Origin: Pristiophorus japonicus
Lineage: Eukaryota
Length of the DNA: 64,000 nucleotides
Reading direction: 5' to 3'
NCBI RefSeq assembly: GCF_044704955.1
Contig: NC_092003.1
Coordinates: 8,432,001 to 8,496,000, forward strand
Under the pieces are notes generated by a model. The model saw only the letters and a program-made list of their open reading frames with translations. It searched no databases and was not told the origin of the DNA. Shown in pieces: positions 50,965 to 60,835 of the stretch (its first letter is position 1; each line of letters starts with the position of its first letter). The translations under genes were made by a program, and so were the position numbers.

Positions 50965-52400
50965 GTCAGTCGTGGCTTAGTGGGCAGCACTCTCGCCTCC
51001 GAGTCAGAAGGTCGTGGGTTCAACTCCCACTCCAGGGACTTGAGCACAGAAATCTAGGCCAACTTTCCCAGTGCCAGTAGTGAGGGAGCGCCGCACTGTC
51101 GGAGGGGCAGTACTGAGGGAGCGCTGCACTGTCGGAGGGGCAGTAGTGAGGGAGCGCCGCACTGTCGGAGGGGCAGTACTGAGGGAGCGCTGCACTGTCG
51201 GAGGGGCAGTACTGAGGGAGCGCCGTACTGAGGGAGCGCCGCACTGTCGGAGGGGCAGTAATGAGGGAGCGCCGCACTGTCGGAGGTGCAGTACTGAGGG
51301 GGCGCCGTACTGTCGGAGGGGCAGTACTGAGGGAGCGCCGCACTGTCGGAGGGGCAGTACTGAGGGAGCGCCGCACTGTCGAAGGGGCAGCACTGAGGGA
51401 GCGCTGCACTGTCGGAGGTGCAGTACTGAGGGAGCGCCGCACTGTCGGAGGGGCAGTACTGAGGGAACGCCGCACTGTTGGAGGGGCAGTACTGAGGGAG
51501 CGCCGCGCTGTCGGAGGTGCAGTACTGAGGGGGCGCCGTACTGTCGGAGGGGCAGTACTGAGGGAGCGCCGCACTGTCGGAGGGGCAGTACTGAGGGAGC
51601 GCCGCACTGTCGAAGGGGCAGCACTGAGGGAGCGCTGCACTGTCGGAGGTGCAGTACTGAGGGAGCGCCGCACTGTCGGAGGGGCAGTACTGAGGGAACG
51701 CCGCACTGTTGGAGGGGCAGTACTGAGGGAGCGCCGCACTGTCGGAGGGGCAGTACTGAGGGAGTGCCGCACTGTCGGAGGGGCAGTACTGAGGGAGCGC
51801 CGCACTGTCGGAGGGGTAGTACTGAGGGAGCGCCGTACTGTCGGAGGGGCAGTACTGAGGGAGCCCCGCAGTGTCGGAGGGGCAGTACTGAGGGAGCGCC
51901 GCACTGTCGGAGGGGCAGTACTGAGGGAGCGCCGCACTGTCGGAGGGGCAGTACTGAGGGAGCGCCGCACTGTCGGAGGGGCAGTACTGAGGGAGCCCCG
52001 CAGTGTCGGAGGGGCAGTACTGAGGGAGCGCCGCACTGTCGGAGGGGCAGAACTGAGGGAGCGCCGCACTGTCGGAGGGGCAGAACTGAGGGAGCGCCGC
52101 ACTGTCGGAGGGGCAGTACTGAGGGAGCGCCGCACTGTCGGAGGGGCAGTACTGAGGGAGCGCCGCACTGCTTGTCGGATTAAACATTAAACCAAGGCCC
52201 ACGTCTGCCCTCTGGGGCAATCGTAAAAGATTCCAACAGCCACGATTGGAAGAAAAGTTCTCCCTGGTGTCCTGGGGCCAATATTTATCCCTCAACCAAG
52301 ATCACTAAAACAGATGATCTGGATCATTATCACATTGCTGTGTGTGGGAGCTTGCTGTGCACAAATTGGCTGCTGCGTTCCCTACATTACAACAGTGAGT
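50965..52400 (+). mobile_element. DeuSINE-like element with the longest 33-bp array (~51075-52170)
   Basis: A box GTGGCTTAGTGG, B box GGTTCAACTCCC, ~33 units, body. Confidence 0.9.
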
Positions 52401-52562
52401 CCATTTCAAAAAAAATAGTACAGGCAACTCTCGATTATCCGTACACAGATCCAACAGAAAACCGTTGTAACGGGATTTAAAATTCTGTTGCTAACAAGTG
52501 AAAAGACAGCCCCAAATAATTTGGAAAAATCTCCTTCCACTGTGCTCATTTGTATTTGCTCA

Positions 52563-52795
52563 TTCTCTCTCGCACACTCTCTCTCCCTCCCTCGCACACT
52601 CTCTCTCTCTCTCGCGCTCTCGCGCTCTCTCTCTCTCTCTCGCACTCTCTCTCTCTCTCGCACTCTCTCTCTCTCTCTCGCACACTCTCTCTCTCTCTCG
52701 CACACTCTCTCTCTCTCTCTCTCGCACACTCTCTCTCTCTCTCTCGCACATTCTCTCTCTCTCACTCACACTCGCACATTCTCTCTCTCACTCAC
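52563..52795. repeat. Compound (CT)n/CGCA microsatellite
   Basis: Directly visible. Confidence 0.95.
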
Positions 52796-53039
52796 TGTAA
52801 AAATCACCCTCCTCTGCCCTTGCTTTGCTTGTGTGCGCGCGCTGCTGCAGCCGCTGTCTGTCGCGGCCGCTGCTGACGTTGGGAACGGGGGCAGTGCCGG
52901 CACCGGGTTCCCGGCACAGAACCTGTACATGCATGCTGGTAATGTCCATCTTTTGTTATTGTTTGTATTGACTCATTAAAGTTTTAACTTTAAAATGTAG
53001 ACTCACTCTAACGGAAAAATCGTTTCCCTGAAATAGCCC

Positions 53040-53785
53040 AATAGAAACATAAAAAATAGGTGCAGGAGTAGGCCATTCGGCCCTTCAAGCCTGCACCATC
53101 ATTCAATATGATCATGGCTGATCATGCAACTTCAGTACCCCATTCCTGCTTTCTCTCCATACCCCTTGATCCCTTTAGCCATAAGGGCACATCTAACTCC
53201 CTTTTGATATCTAACGAACTGGCCTCAACAACTTTCTGTGGCAGAGAATTCCACAGGTTCACCACTCTCTGGGTGAAGAAGTTTCTCCTCACCTCGGTCC
53301 TAAATGGCTTACCCCTTATCCTTAGACTGTGACCCCTGGTTCTGGACTTCCCCAACATCGGGAACATTCTTCCTGCGTCTAACCTGTCCCGTCCCGTCAG
53401 AACTTTATATGTTTCTATGAGATCCCCTCTCATCCTTCTAAACTCCAGTGAATATAAGCCTAGTCGATCCAGTCTTTCTTCATATGTCAGTCCCGCCATC
53501 CCAGGAATCAGTCTGGTGAACCTTCGCTGCACTCCCTCAATAGCAAGAATGTCCTTGCTCAGATTAGGAGACCAAAACTGAACACAATATTCAAGGTGTG
53601 GCCTCACCAAGGCCCTGTACAACTGCAGTAAGACCTCCCTGCTCCTGCACTCAAATCCTCTCGCTCTGAAGGCCAACATGCCATGTGCCTTCTTCACCGC
53701 TTCTGCCCCTGCATGCCAACTTTCAATGACTGGTGAACCTTCGCTGCACTCCCTCAATAGCAAGAATGTCCTTCCTCACATTAGG
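53040..53785 (-). mobile_element. CR1 3' fragment
   Basis: RPHLEYCVQFWSP...RRNFFTQRVVNLWNSLP. Confidence 0.9.
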
Positions 53786-53999
53786 GGCCCGAATAATCCA
53801 GAGTTGCCTGTACTTCATTGGCTTTGGGGTTAATAAGTGCAAGGTTTTCATTCTTGCTTATAGTCGGGACATTACGGTAAGTGCTAGGCGCGGCTGCTGT
53901 TGGGGGGGGGGGGGTATTACGGTAGCCCCGCCCCTCTCCGGTCCGGCGGCGGCGGGCTCATGAATATTAATGAGCGCTCATGCATATTCCGATCAGCAC

Positions 54000-54235
54000 C
54001 TCTCCAGGCCGACGTTCATGTGGCGGACATTACGGGTGAGGGCCCGGGTGACGGCGGTGAGCTGGCACAGGGCGGCGGTCAGCACGGCCGCCTCGGTGTG
54101 GCCGGCGGGCAGCTGGCTGAGGAGGCCGCTCTGGCCGTGTGCCTCCAGCTCCAGCTCCAGCTCCAGCTCCCGCTCCGTCGCCGGCCCCGAACTCCTTCTC
54201 GCCGCCCGGCCGCTCCAATCGCCCGCCTCCGCCAT
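54000..54235 (-). CDS. TTC9C: TTC9C-like exon 1 (N-terminal extension)
   Basis: ATG in CAAATGGCGG within a CpG island. MAEAGDWSGR...RELELELELEAHGQ...ALCQLTAVTRALTRNVRHMNVGLE(R). Donor AG|GTGCTG (weak, phase 2) joins in frame to exon 2. Confidence 0.7.
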
Positions 54236-54400
54236 TTGCAAAAGTAAAAAATGGACGTCGGGAGAAGCCGAGCTGACGCGGCTGCGTCATCGCGGCACGC
54301 CGACGCGACGGCGTCATCGCCGCGCGGGGTTGTGGGAGTTGTAGTCCCTTTTTTTCCAGAGCTACTTGAGCACAAGCCATCTTCATCATAGCTCCCTCCA
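54236..54400 (-). promoter_or_regulatory. CpG-island promoter with ZNF143/THAP11-type ACTACAACTCCC motif
   Basis: GGACTACAACTCCCACAA on - strand (54330-54347), CRE-like TGACGC half sites, YY1-like AAATGGCGG overlapping the ATG. Confidence 0.75.
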
Positions 54401-55024
54401 AACATAGAAAATAGGTAGAAACATAGAAAATAGGGGCAGGAGCAGGACATTTGGCCCTTCGAGGCTGCACCACCATTCAATATGATCATAGGCAGTCCCT
54501 CGGAATCGAGGAAGACTTGCTTCCACTCTTGGCATGAGTTCTTGGGTGGCTGAACAGTCCAATACCAGAGCCACAGTCTCTGTCGCAGGCGGGACAGACA
54601 TTCAATATGATCATGGCTGATCATTTTTGCAACTTCAGTACCCCATTCCTGCTTTCTCTCCATACCCCTTGATCCCTTTAGCAGTAAGGGCCACATCTAA
54701 CTCCCTTTTGAATATATCTAACGAACTGGCCTCAACAACTTTCTGTGGTGGAGAATGCCACAGGTTCACAATTCTCTGAGTGAAGAAGTTTCTCCTCATC
54801 TCGGTCCTAAATGGCTTACCCCTTATCCTTAGATTGTGACCCCCTGGTTCTGGACTTCCCCAACATCGGGAACATTCTTCCTGCATCTAACCTGTCCAAT
54901 CCTGTCAGAATGTTATATGTTTCTATGAGATCCCCTCTCATTCTTTTAAATTCCAGTGAATATAAGCCTAGTCGATCCAGTCTTTCTTCATATGTCAGTC
55001 CTGCCATCCCGGGAATCAGTCTGG
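54401..55024 (-). mobile_element. CR1 3' fragment with a short RTE 3' end inserted (54490-54598) with 16-bp TSD
   Basis: TSD CATTCAATATGATCAT at 54474-54489 and 54599-54614. Confidence 0.85.
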
Positions 55025-55312
55025 ATGATGAGGATGACTTGCTTCCACGCCAAAAAAGGGATGAGTTCACATGTGTTTCAATGAAGGACCTAATATTCCG
55101 GATCCTGAACTACATTCTGAAGGGTGGAAGACACCTGTGCGTGGATTTTTTTAACGTGGGGTGGCTGTTGCACACCAGCCATCACACGGGCTTGACAGAG
55201 CTAGGCCGTGGTCCAGTGGCAAGGATTACCCAAGACTAACTGGAGACCAGCTCTGCTGCACGGACCTAGTGCGCACACATATCGCCGTGTGGGCTGGCCC
55301 GTGCTGTCCCTG
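55025..55312 (-). mobile_element. Second copy of the non-autonomous RTE-tailed element
   Basis: Reverse complement of 36366-36600 plus 35470-35500. Confidence 0.75.
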
Positions 55313-55389
55313 GAGCAGGAGTCGGCCATTTGGCCCCTCGAGCCTGCTCTGCCATTCAATAAGATCATGGCTGATCTGATCTTGACCTC

Positions 55390-57533
55390 TGTCAGGAACG
55401 GGCTTTCAATCGGGCGCAGAACCTACTTTGTTCAAATAAGTTGTTAACCCTGTACAACCCCCGTAAGAAATTGATTCTGACATGTGATGCATCGTCCTAT
55501 GGGGTTGGGTGCGTGTTGCAGCAGGGTAACGCTGAGGGCCAACTACAACCTGTGGCTTATGCCTCCAGGTCGCTCTCTCAAGCTGAACGGGGATATGGGA
55601 TGGTTGAGAAGGAGGCACTCGCATATGTCTATGCGGTGAAAAAGATGCATCAGTACCTTTTTTGCAGGAGGTTCGAATTAGAAACGGACCACAAGCCGTT
55701 AACATCCCTGCTGTCAGACAGCAAAGTTGTCAATGCCAATGCGTCAGCTCGCATACAGCGGTGGGCTCTCACACTCGCTGCGTATGACTACACCATCCGG
55801 TACCAGCCCGGCACCGAAAACTGTGCTGACGCGCTCAGCAGGCTTCCACTGGCCACCACTGAGGGGGCAGCGGAGCAAAGCGCTGAGATGGTCATGGCTG
55901 TCGATGCCTTTGACAGCGCAGGCTCCCCCATCACAGCCCGCCAGATCAAAATCTGGACCAACAGAGATTCCCTCCTATCCTTGATTAAGAAATGTGTCCT
56001 GACTGGGGATTGGGCGCCCGCACACGGAGCATGCCCTGAGGAGGTCAGACCGTTTCACAGACGGATGGATGAGCTCTCCATCCAAGCCGACTGCCTACTA
56101 TGGGGCAGCCGGGTAGTCATGCCCCAGAGGGGCAGGGAAGCATTCATCAGGGAACTCCACAACGAGCACCCAGGCATTGTGCTGATGAAGGCCATTGCTC
56201 GGTCACATGTGTGGTGGCCGGGAATTGATTCAGACCTGGAACACTGTGTTCGCAGGTGCACAACGTGTGCCCAGCTAGGTAATGCCCCCAGGGAGGTCCC
56301 GCTCAGCCCGTGGCCCTGGCCCACCAGGCCATGGTCACGTATTCACGTAGACTACGCGGGCCTGTTCATGGGAAAAATGTTTCTCATTGTGGTTGATGCG
56401 TTCGCGAAATGGATCGAGTGCATCATTTTGAATTCGTGCATGACATCCACCACCGTGGAGAGTCTGCGCGCGGTCTTTGCGACCCACGGCTTGACGGACA
56501 TCCTTGTTAGCGACAATGGCCCTTGTTTCACAAGCTACGAATTCCGGGAGTTCACGTCGGGTAATGACATTAACCATGTCGGGACAGCACCGTTCAAGCC
56601 GGCCTCCAATGGTCAGGCAGAACGTGCGGTCCAAATCATAAAGCAAGGCATGCTCCGGATTCAAGGACCCTCCCTTGAATGCCGCCTATCGCGCCTCCTG
56701 CTGGCCTATAGGTCCCGACCGCACTCGTTCAGGAGGGTCCCGCCTGCGGAGCTACTCATGAAACGAACACTCAAAACTCGGCTGTCCCTCATTCATCCAG
56801 TCCTGTCCGACATTGTTGAGGGCAAGCGCCAGTCCCAAAACGAGTGCCATGACCGTAATTCAAGGGGGAGATGTATAGAAATTGATGACCCCGTATTTGT
56901 TCTCAATCACGCTTTGGGGCCCAAATGGCTTGAGGGTACTGTGATAGACAAAGAGGGGAATAGGGTCATAGTGGTTAAACTTAACAATGGGCAGATATGC
57001 CGCAAACATCTGGACCAAGTAAAAAAAAGGTTCAGCATGTACACTGAGGAACCTGAGGAAGATCATGAGATGGTATTCACACCACCGCCAGTGAACGAGC
57101 AACAAGAACATTCAGCAGCATGCACAGTCCCTGCGGTCAGCCCGGACAGGCCGGAATCACCACAGGGGACAGACACGCAGGCCAAGGCTCAACAACCAGA
57201 GCCCCAACTGCGGCGCTCCACGAGAGAGCACAGACCACCCGAGACTTAACCTGTGATCCCAATAAGACATTGGGGGGTGGGGGGAGGTGATGTCATGTAA
57301 GTAACCTTTATGTAACACTGCAATACTGTGTATACGTAAAAAATGCACACCTTGACCACAGGGGGCGAACTTGTGGGAGACACTCCTCACCTAGTCACCC
57401 AGGTATATAAAAAGGGAGGTCCCACGCCGGGTCATCACTTCTTGGTCCTGTGAATAAAGGTTCAGGTCATAGAGTGACCTTGTCCATAGAATGTGCCTCG
57501 TGTGGATTTGTGGTATTGTGTAAGGATTTTACA
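55390..57533 (+). mobile_element. Ty3/Gypsy LTR retrotransposon, 5'-deleted: RNase H and integrase, PPT, 3' LTR (57291-57533)
   Basis: Open pol frame 55441-57249: LTCDASSYGVG, YASRSL, EKEALA, TDHKPL (RNase H); HHCC; HVDYAG, SDNG, SNGQAER (integrase). PPT GGGGGGTGGGGGGAGG. LTR TGT...ACA with TATATAA and AATAAA. Flanks ACCTC/GCCTC within a CR1 3' UTR. Confidence 0.93.
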
Positions 57534-58160
57534 GCCTCAGCTCCACTTCCCCGCCCGCTCCCCATAACCCTTTACTCGCCTATCGCTCAAAAATCTGTCT
57601 TTCCACCTTAAATATATTCAATGACCCAGCGTCCACAGCTCTCTGGGGCAGAGAATTCCACAGATTCACGATCCTCAGAGAAGAAATTCCCCCTCATCTC
57701 CATTTTAAATGGACGGAACCTTATTCTGAGACAATGCCCCTTAGTTTTAGTTTCCTCTATGAGTGGAAGTATCCTCTCTGCATCCACCCTGTCAAGCCCC
57801 CTCATTATCTTATATGTTTTGATAAGATCACCTCTCATTCTTTTGAACTACAATGTGTATAGGCCCAACCTTTCTTCATAAGTCAAACCCCCTCATCTCC
57901 GGAATCAATCTAGTGAACCTTCTCTGAACTGCCTCCAATGCAAGTCTCGTCGCCAAGAGAATGCAGAAAACAAGCGCAGGCAGCGGAAGGAGAGTGCGAA
58001 AAACCAGGCTTCCCACCACCCTTTCCTTCAACGACTGTCTGTCCCACCTGCGACAGAGACTGTAATTCCCGCATTGGACTGTATAGCCACCTGAGAACTC
58101 ACTTTTAGAGTGGAAGCAAGTCTTCCTCAATTCTGAGGGACTGCCTATGATACTGATGAT
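57534..58160. mobile_element. Remainder of the host CR1 (- strand, to ~57942) and an RTE 3' end (+ strand, ~57943-58160)
   Basis: MRGDLIKTYKIMRGLDRVDAER; GTGGAAGCAAGTCTTCC..GCCTATGAT tail. Confidence 0.8.
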
Positions 58161-58176
58161 TTCTAGACATATATTG

Positions 58177-58660
58177 CTACACTGTCCCATCAAACACTCC
58201 CAGGGCAGGTACAGCACGGGGTTAGATACAGAGTAAAGCTCCCTCTACACTGTCCCATCAAACACTCCCAGGGCAGGTACAGGGGGTTAGATACAGAGTA
58301 CAGCTCCCTCTACACTGTCCCATCACACACTCCCAGGGCAGGTACAGCACGTGGTTAGATACAGAGTAAAGCTCCCTCTACACTGTCCCATCAAACACTA
58401 CCAGGACAGGTACAGGGGGTTAGATACAGAGTAAAGCTCCCTCTACACTATCCCATCAAACACTCCCAGGACAGGTACAGGGGGTTAGATACAGAGTAAA
58501 GCTCCCTCTACACTGTCCCATCAAACACTCCCAGGGCAGGTACAGCACGGGGTTAGATACAGAGTACAGCTCCCTCTACACTGTCCCATCAAACACTCCC
58601 AGGGTAGACACAGCATGGGGTTCGATACAGAGTAAAGCTCCCTCTACACTGTCCCATCAA
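58177..58660. repeat. 65-68-bp minisatellite, ~7 copies
   Basis: CTACACTGTCCCATCAAACACTCCCAGGGCAGGTACAGCACGGGGTTAGATACAGAGTAAAGCTCCCT. Confidence 0.95.
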
Positions 58661-59034
58661 TGAGCAGCCATCCTAATTGCTTCACTGCAAGACATTTAGT
58701 TTAATATCCAATACCAGCCCTCTGAATCAGTAGGATTATGTACTGATTTAGAACCTTTTTGCCCTGGAGACCCAGTTAACAGGAACCGGACTGAGACCAT
58801 CCAAATTTTCAGGAGAGTTTATTTTTAAAGTAACTGTTCAGTTTAGTTAAATTGACAATACCGTGATTAACATTCGTCATTTCAGTTGCACAAGCTGAAA
58901 TCCTATCAAACAGACAGGTCCAGGAAGGCTAAATTTTCTCAATCCATTTGGTTTAGTAAAAGGGTAAAGAATGATGGCTTTATGTAGCACTGCTTCATAT
59001 CTTATGGATTAGCACTGATACATCTTTCACCCCA

Positions 59035-59420
59035 TAATGTCCCAATGCCCTTTAACACAAAGTGTAGTCACTACTGTAATGTAGGAAACGCGGCAGCCAA
59101 TTTGCACACAGCAAGCTCCCACAAGCAGCAATGAGATAAATGAGATCATGTTTTAGTGACATTGATTGAGGGATGAATATTGGCCCCAGGACAGCGGGGA
59201 AAACTCGCACGCTTTTCTTCCAGTAGTGCGGTGGGATCTTATATGTCCACCTGAAAAGGCAGACGGGGCCTCGGCTTAACGTCTCATCCGACAGTGCAGC
59301 ACTCCCTCAGTACTGTAATGGGAGTGTCGGCCTAGATAATGTGCTCACAGCTCTGGAATAGGGCTTGAACCCACGACCTTCTGATTCAGAGGCAAGAGTG
59401 CTGCCCACTGTGCCACAGCT
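59035..59420 (-). mobile_element. DeuSINE-like element without array expansion (single unit)
   Basis: Head, one CCGACAGTGCAGCACTCCCTCAGTACTG unit, body. Confidence 0.8.
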
Positions 59421-59854
59421 CATTGGTAGCAGTGTTTTAACCAAATTGAGACAATGTGGTATGGTAAACATTTTACTGATAATGAGATACGATTACAATG
59501 AAGTGTATGGCCGGTAAACCTGGTGGTGTTTAGGGAGTGCTGGTTGGGTACCACTGCCGTGGCATCTTTTACAACCGCTGGGGTCTCAGTTTAACGTCTC
59601 ACCCAAAGGGTGATGCAGCACTTCCTCGGGAGCGTCATTCTAGATTGTGCATTAGAGTCCGGAGTTGGGTTTGAACGCACAACCTTCCGACTCTGAGCCA
59701 AGCTGACAGTAATGAGAGCAATCGATGCTATGTCCATGCGGAATCAGAAGTTGAGCTCCTTGGGTAGATCTTAGTAATATCAGCACTTCATAATCAACGC
59801 CTTCAGCAGGTGGAGTAACAAATGATGCACAGACAGGCCGCTTACAGCAAATCT

Positions 59855-59860
59855 TTTATT
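59855..59860 (-). terminator. Candidate polyadenylation signal of the upstream - strand gene
   Basis: AATAAA on - strand followed by GU-rich sequence, at the boundary between repeat-poor and repeat-rich DNA. Confidence 0.55.
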
Positions 59861-60552
59861 TACTGAATTTTCCATTTTCCATTTAAAATCTCTTAGTTTT
59901 GTACTACCTTAACATTTCACTACCGCTAGGCAGCGCCGTGCCCAATTACAGACACAAACTCCATTGTACACACATTTATTATACCAGACAGTCCCATTTT
60001 CCTGCATTGCCAATAGGTCCCTCCCTCCCTCCCTCCCTCCCCTCCGCCCCGCCCCACAGGTTAAAAAGAGAGACAATGCAAGTCAGCATTACAAGCCAAG
60101 GAGAATGCAGAACAGCGGGGCCCATGTGGAGCGTGGCCTTCGGGGTTTCGCTGCACGAAGGTTGCTCGCAGAGTTCACGGCGGCAACTCCGCACGCTTAG
60201 CACTGCCAGTCACATTCGTTGCTGCACGTCTCCTCTGCGCAACCACTCGAGGTCCATTAAAGGGAAACACTGAATAGCCGCGGTGAAGTGTCAATTGTAA
60301 CTGTAGGACTCTCGGCGTCAAAATGGGCTGGTGAAGAGTTTCTGTCTTTAACAATTATTTTTGGAACTGGCTGCTCTCCCCGTGGCATTGTTCATGGCAG
60401 GTATGAGGATGGACCTCTATTGAAGGATAGGAGCTTTATACCTACGTACAAATCATTATTCTGGTGCTATACTGCAACTGTGACCAATTTTGTGTGTCCC
60501 TTTTAAGACTAATGATGCAATATTTATGCCTTTCAGAGGCGAATTTAGCTTA

Positions 60553-60835
60553 GGCAGATCCCTTGGGTCAATTGTTCCGAGGCAGATCCTTGGGTCAATT
60601 AGAGGATAATTGTTCAGAGGCAGATCCTTGGGTCAATTAGAGGTCAATTGTTCCAAGGCAGATCCTTGGGTCAATTAGAGGATAATTGTCCCAAGGCAGA
60701 TCCTTGGGTCAATTAGAGGTCAATTGTTCCGAGGCAGATCCTTGGGTCAATTAGAGGATAATTGTTCCAAGGCAGATCCTTGGGTCAATTAGAGGATAAT
60801 TGTTCCGAGACAGATCTTTGGGCCAATTAGAGGCA
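60553..60835. repeat. 38-bp tandem repeat, ~7 copies, in the putative 3' UTR
   Basis: GGCAGATCCTTGGGTCAATTAGAGGATAATTGTTCCAA; CAGATCC at 60621, 60659, 60697. Confidence 0.9.

Noticed and set aside
52406-52979. RE/SL-rich ORFs and a possible Tc1/pogo terminal repeat (TACAGGCAACTCTCGATTATCCG at ~52419)
   Set aside because: The ORFs come from the (CT)n microsatellite. No matching second TIR or transposase was found, so a DNA transposon is not called.
55441-57249. Domesticated integrase gene (GIN/NYNRIN-like)
   Set aside because: It retains a PPT, LTR and TSD, sits inside a CR1, and has no ATG at the start of the frame. A recent TE copy is the simpler explanation.
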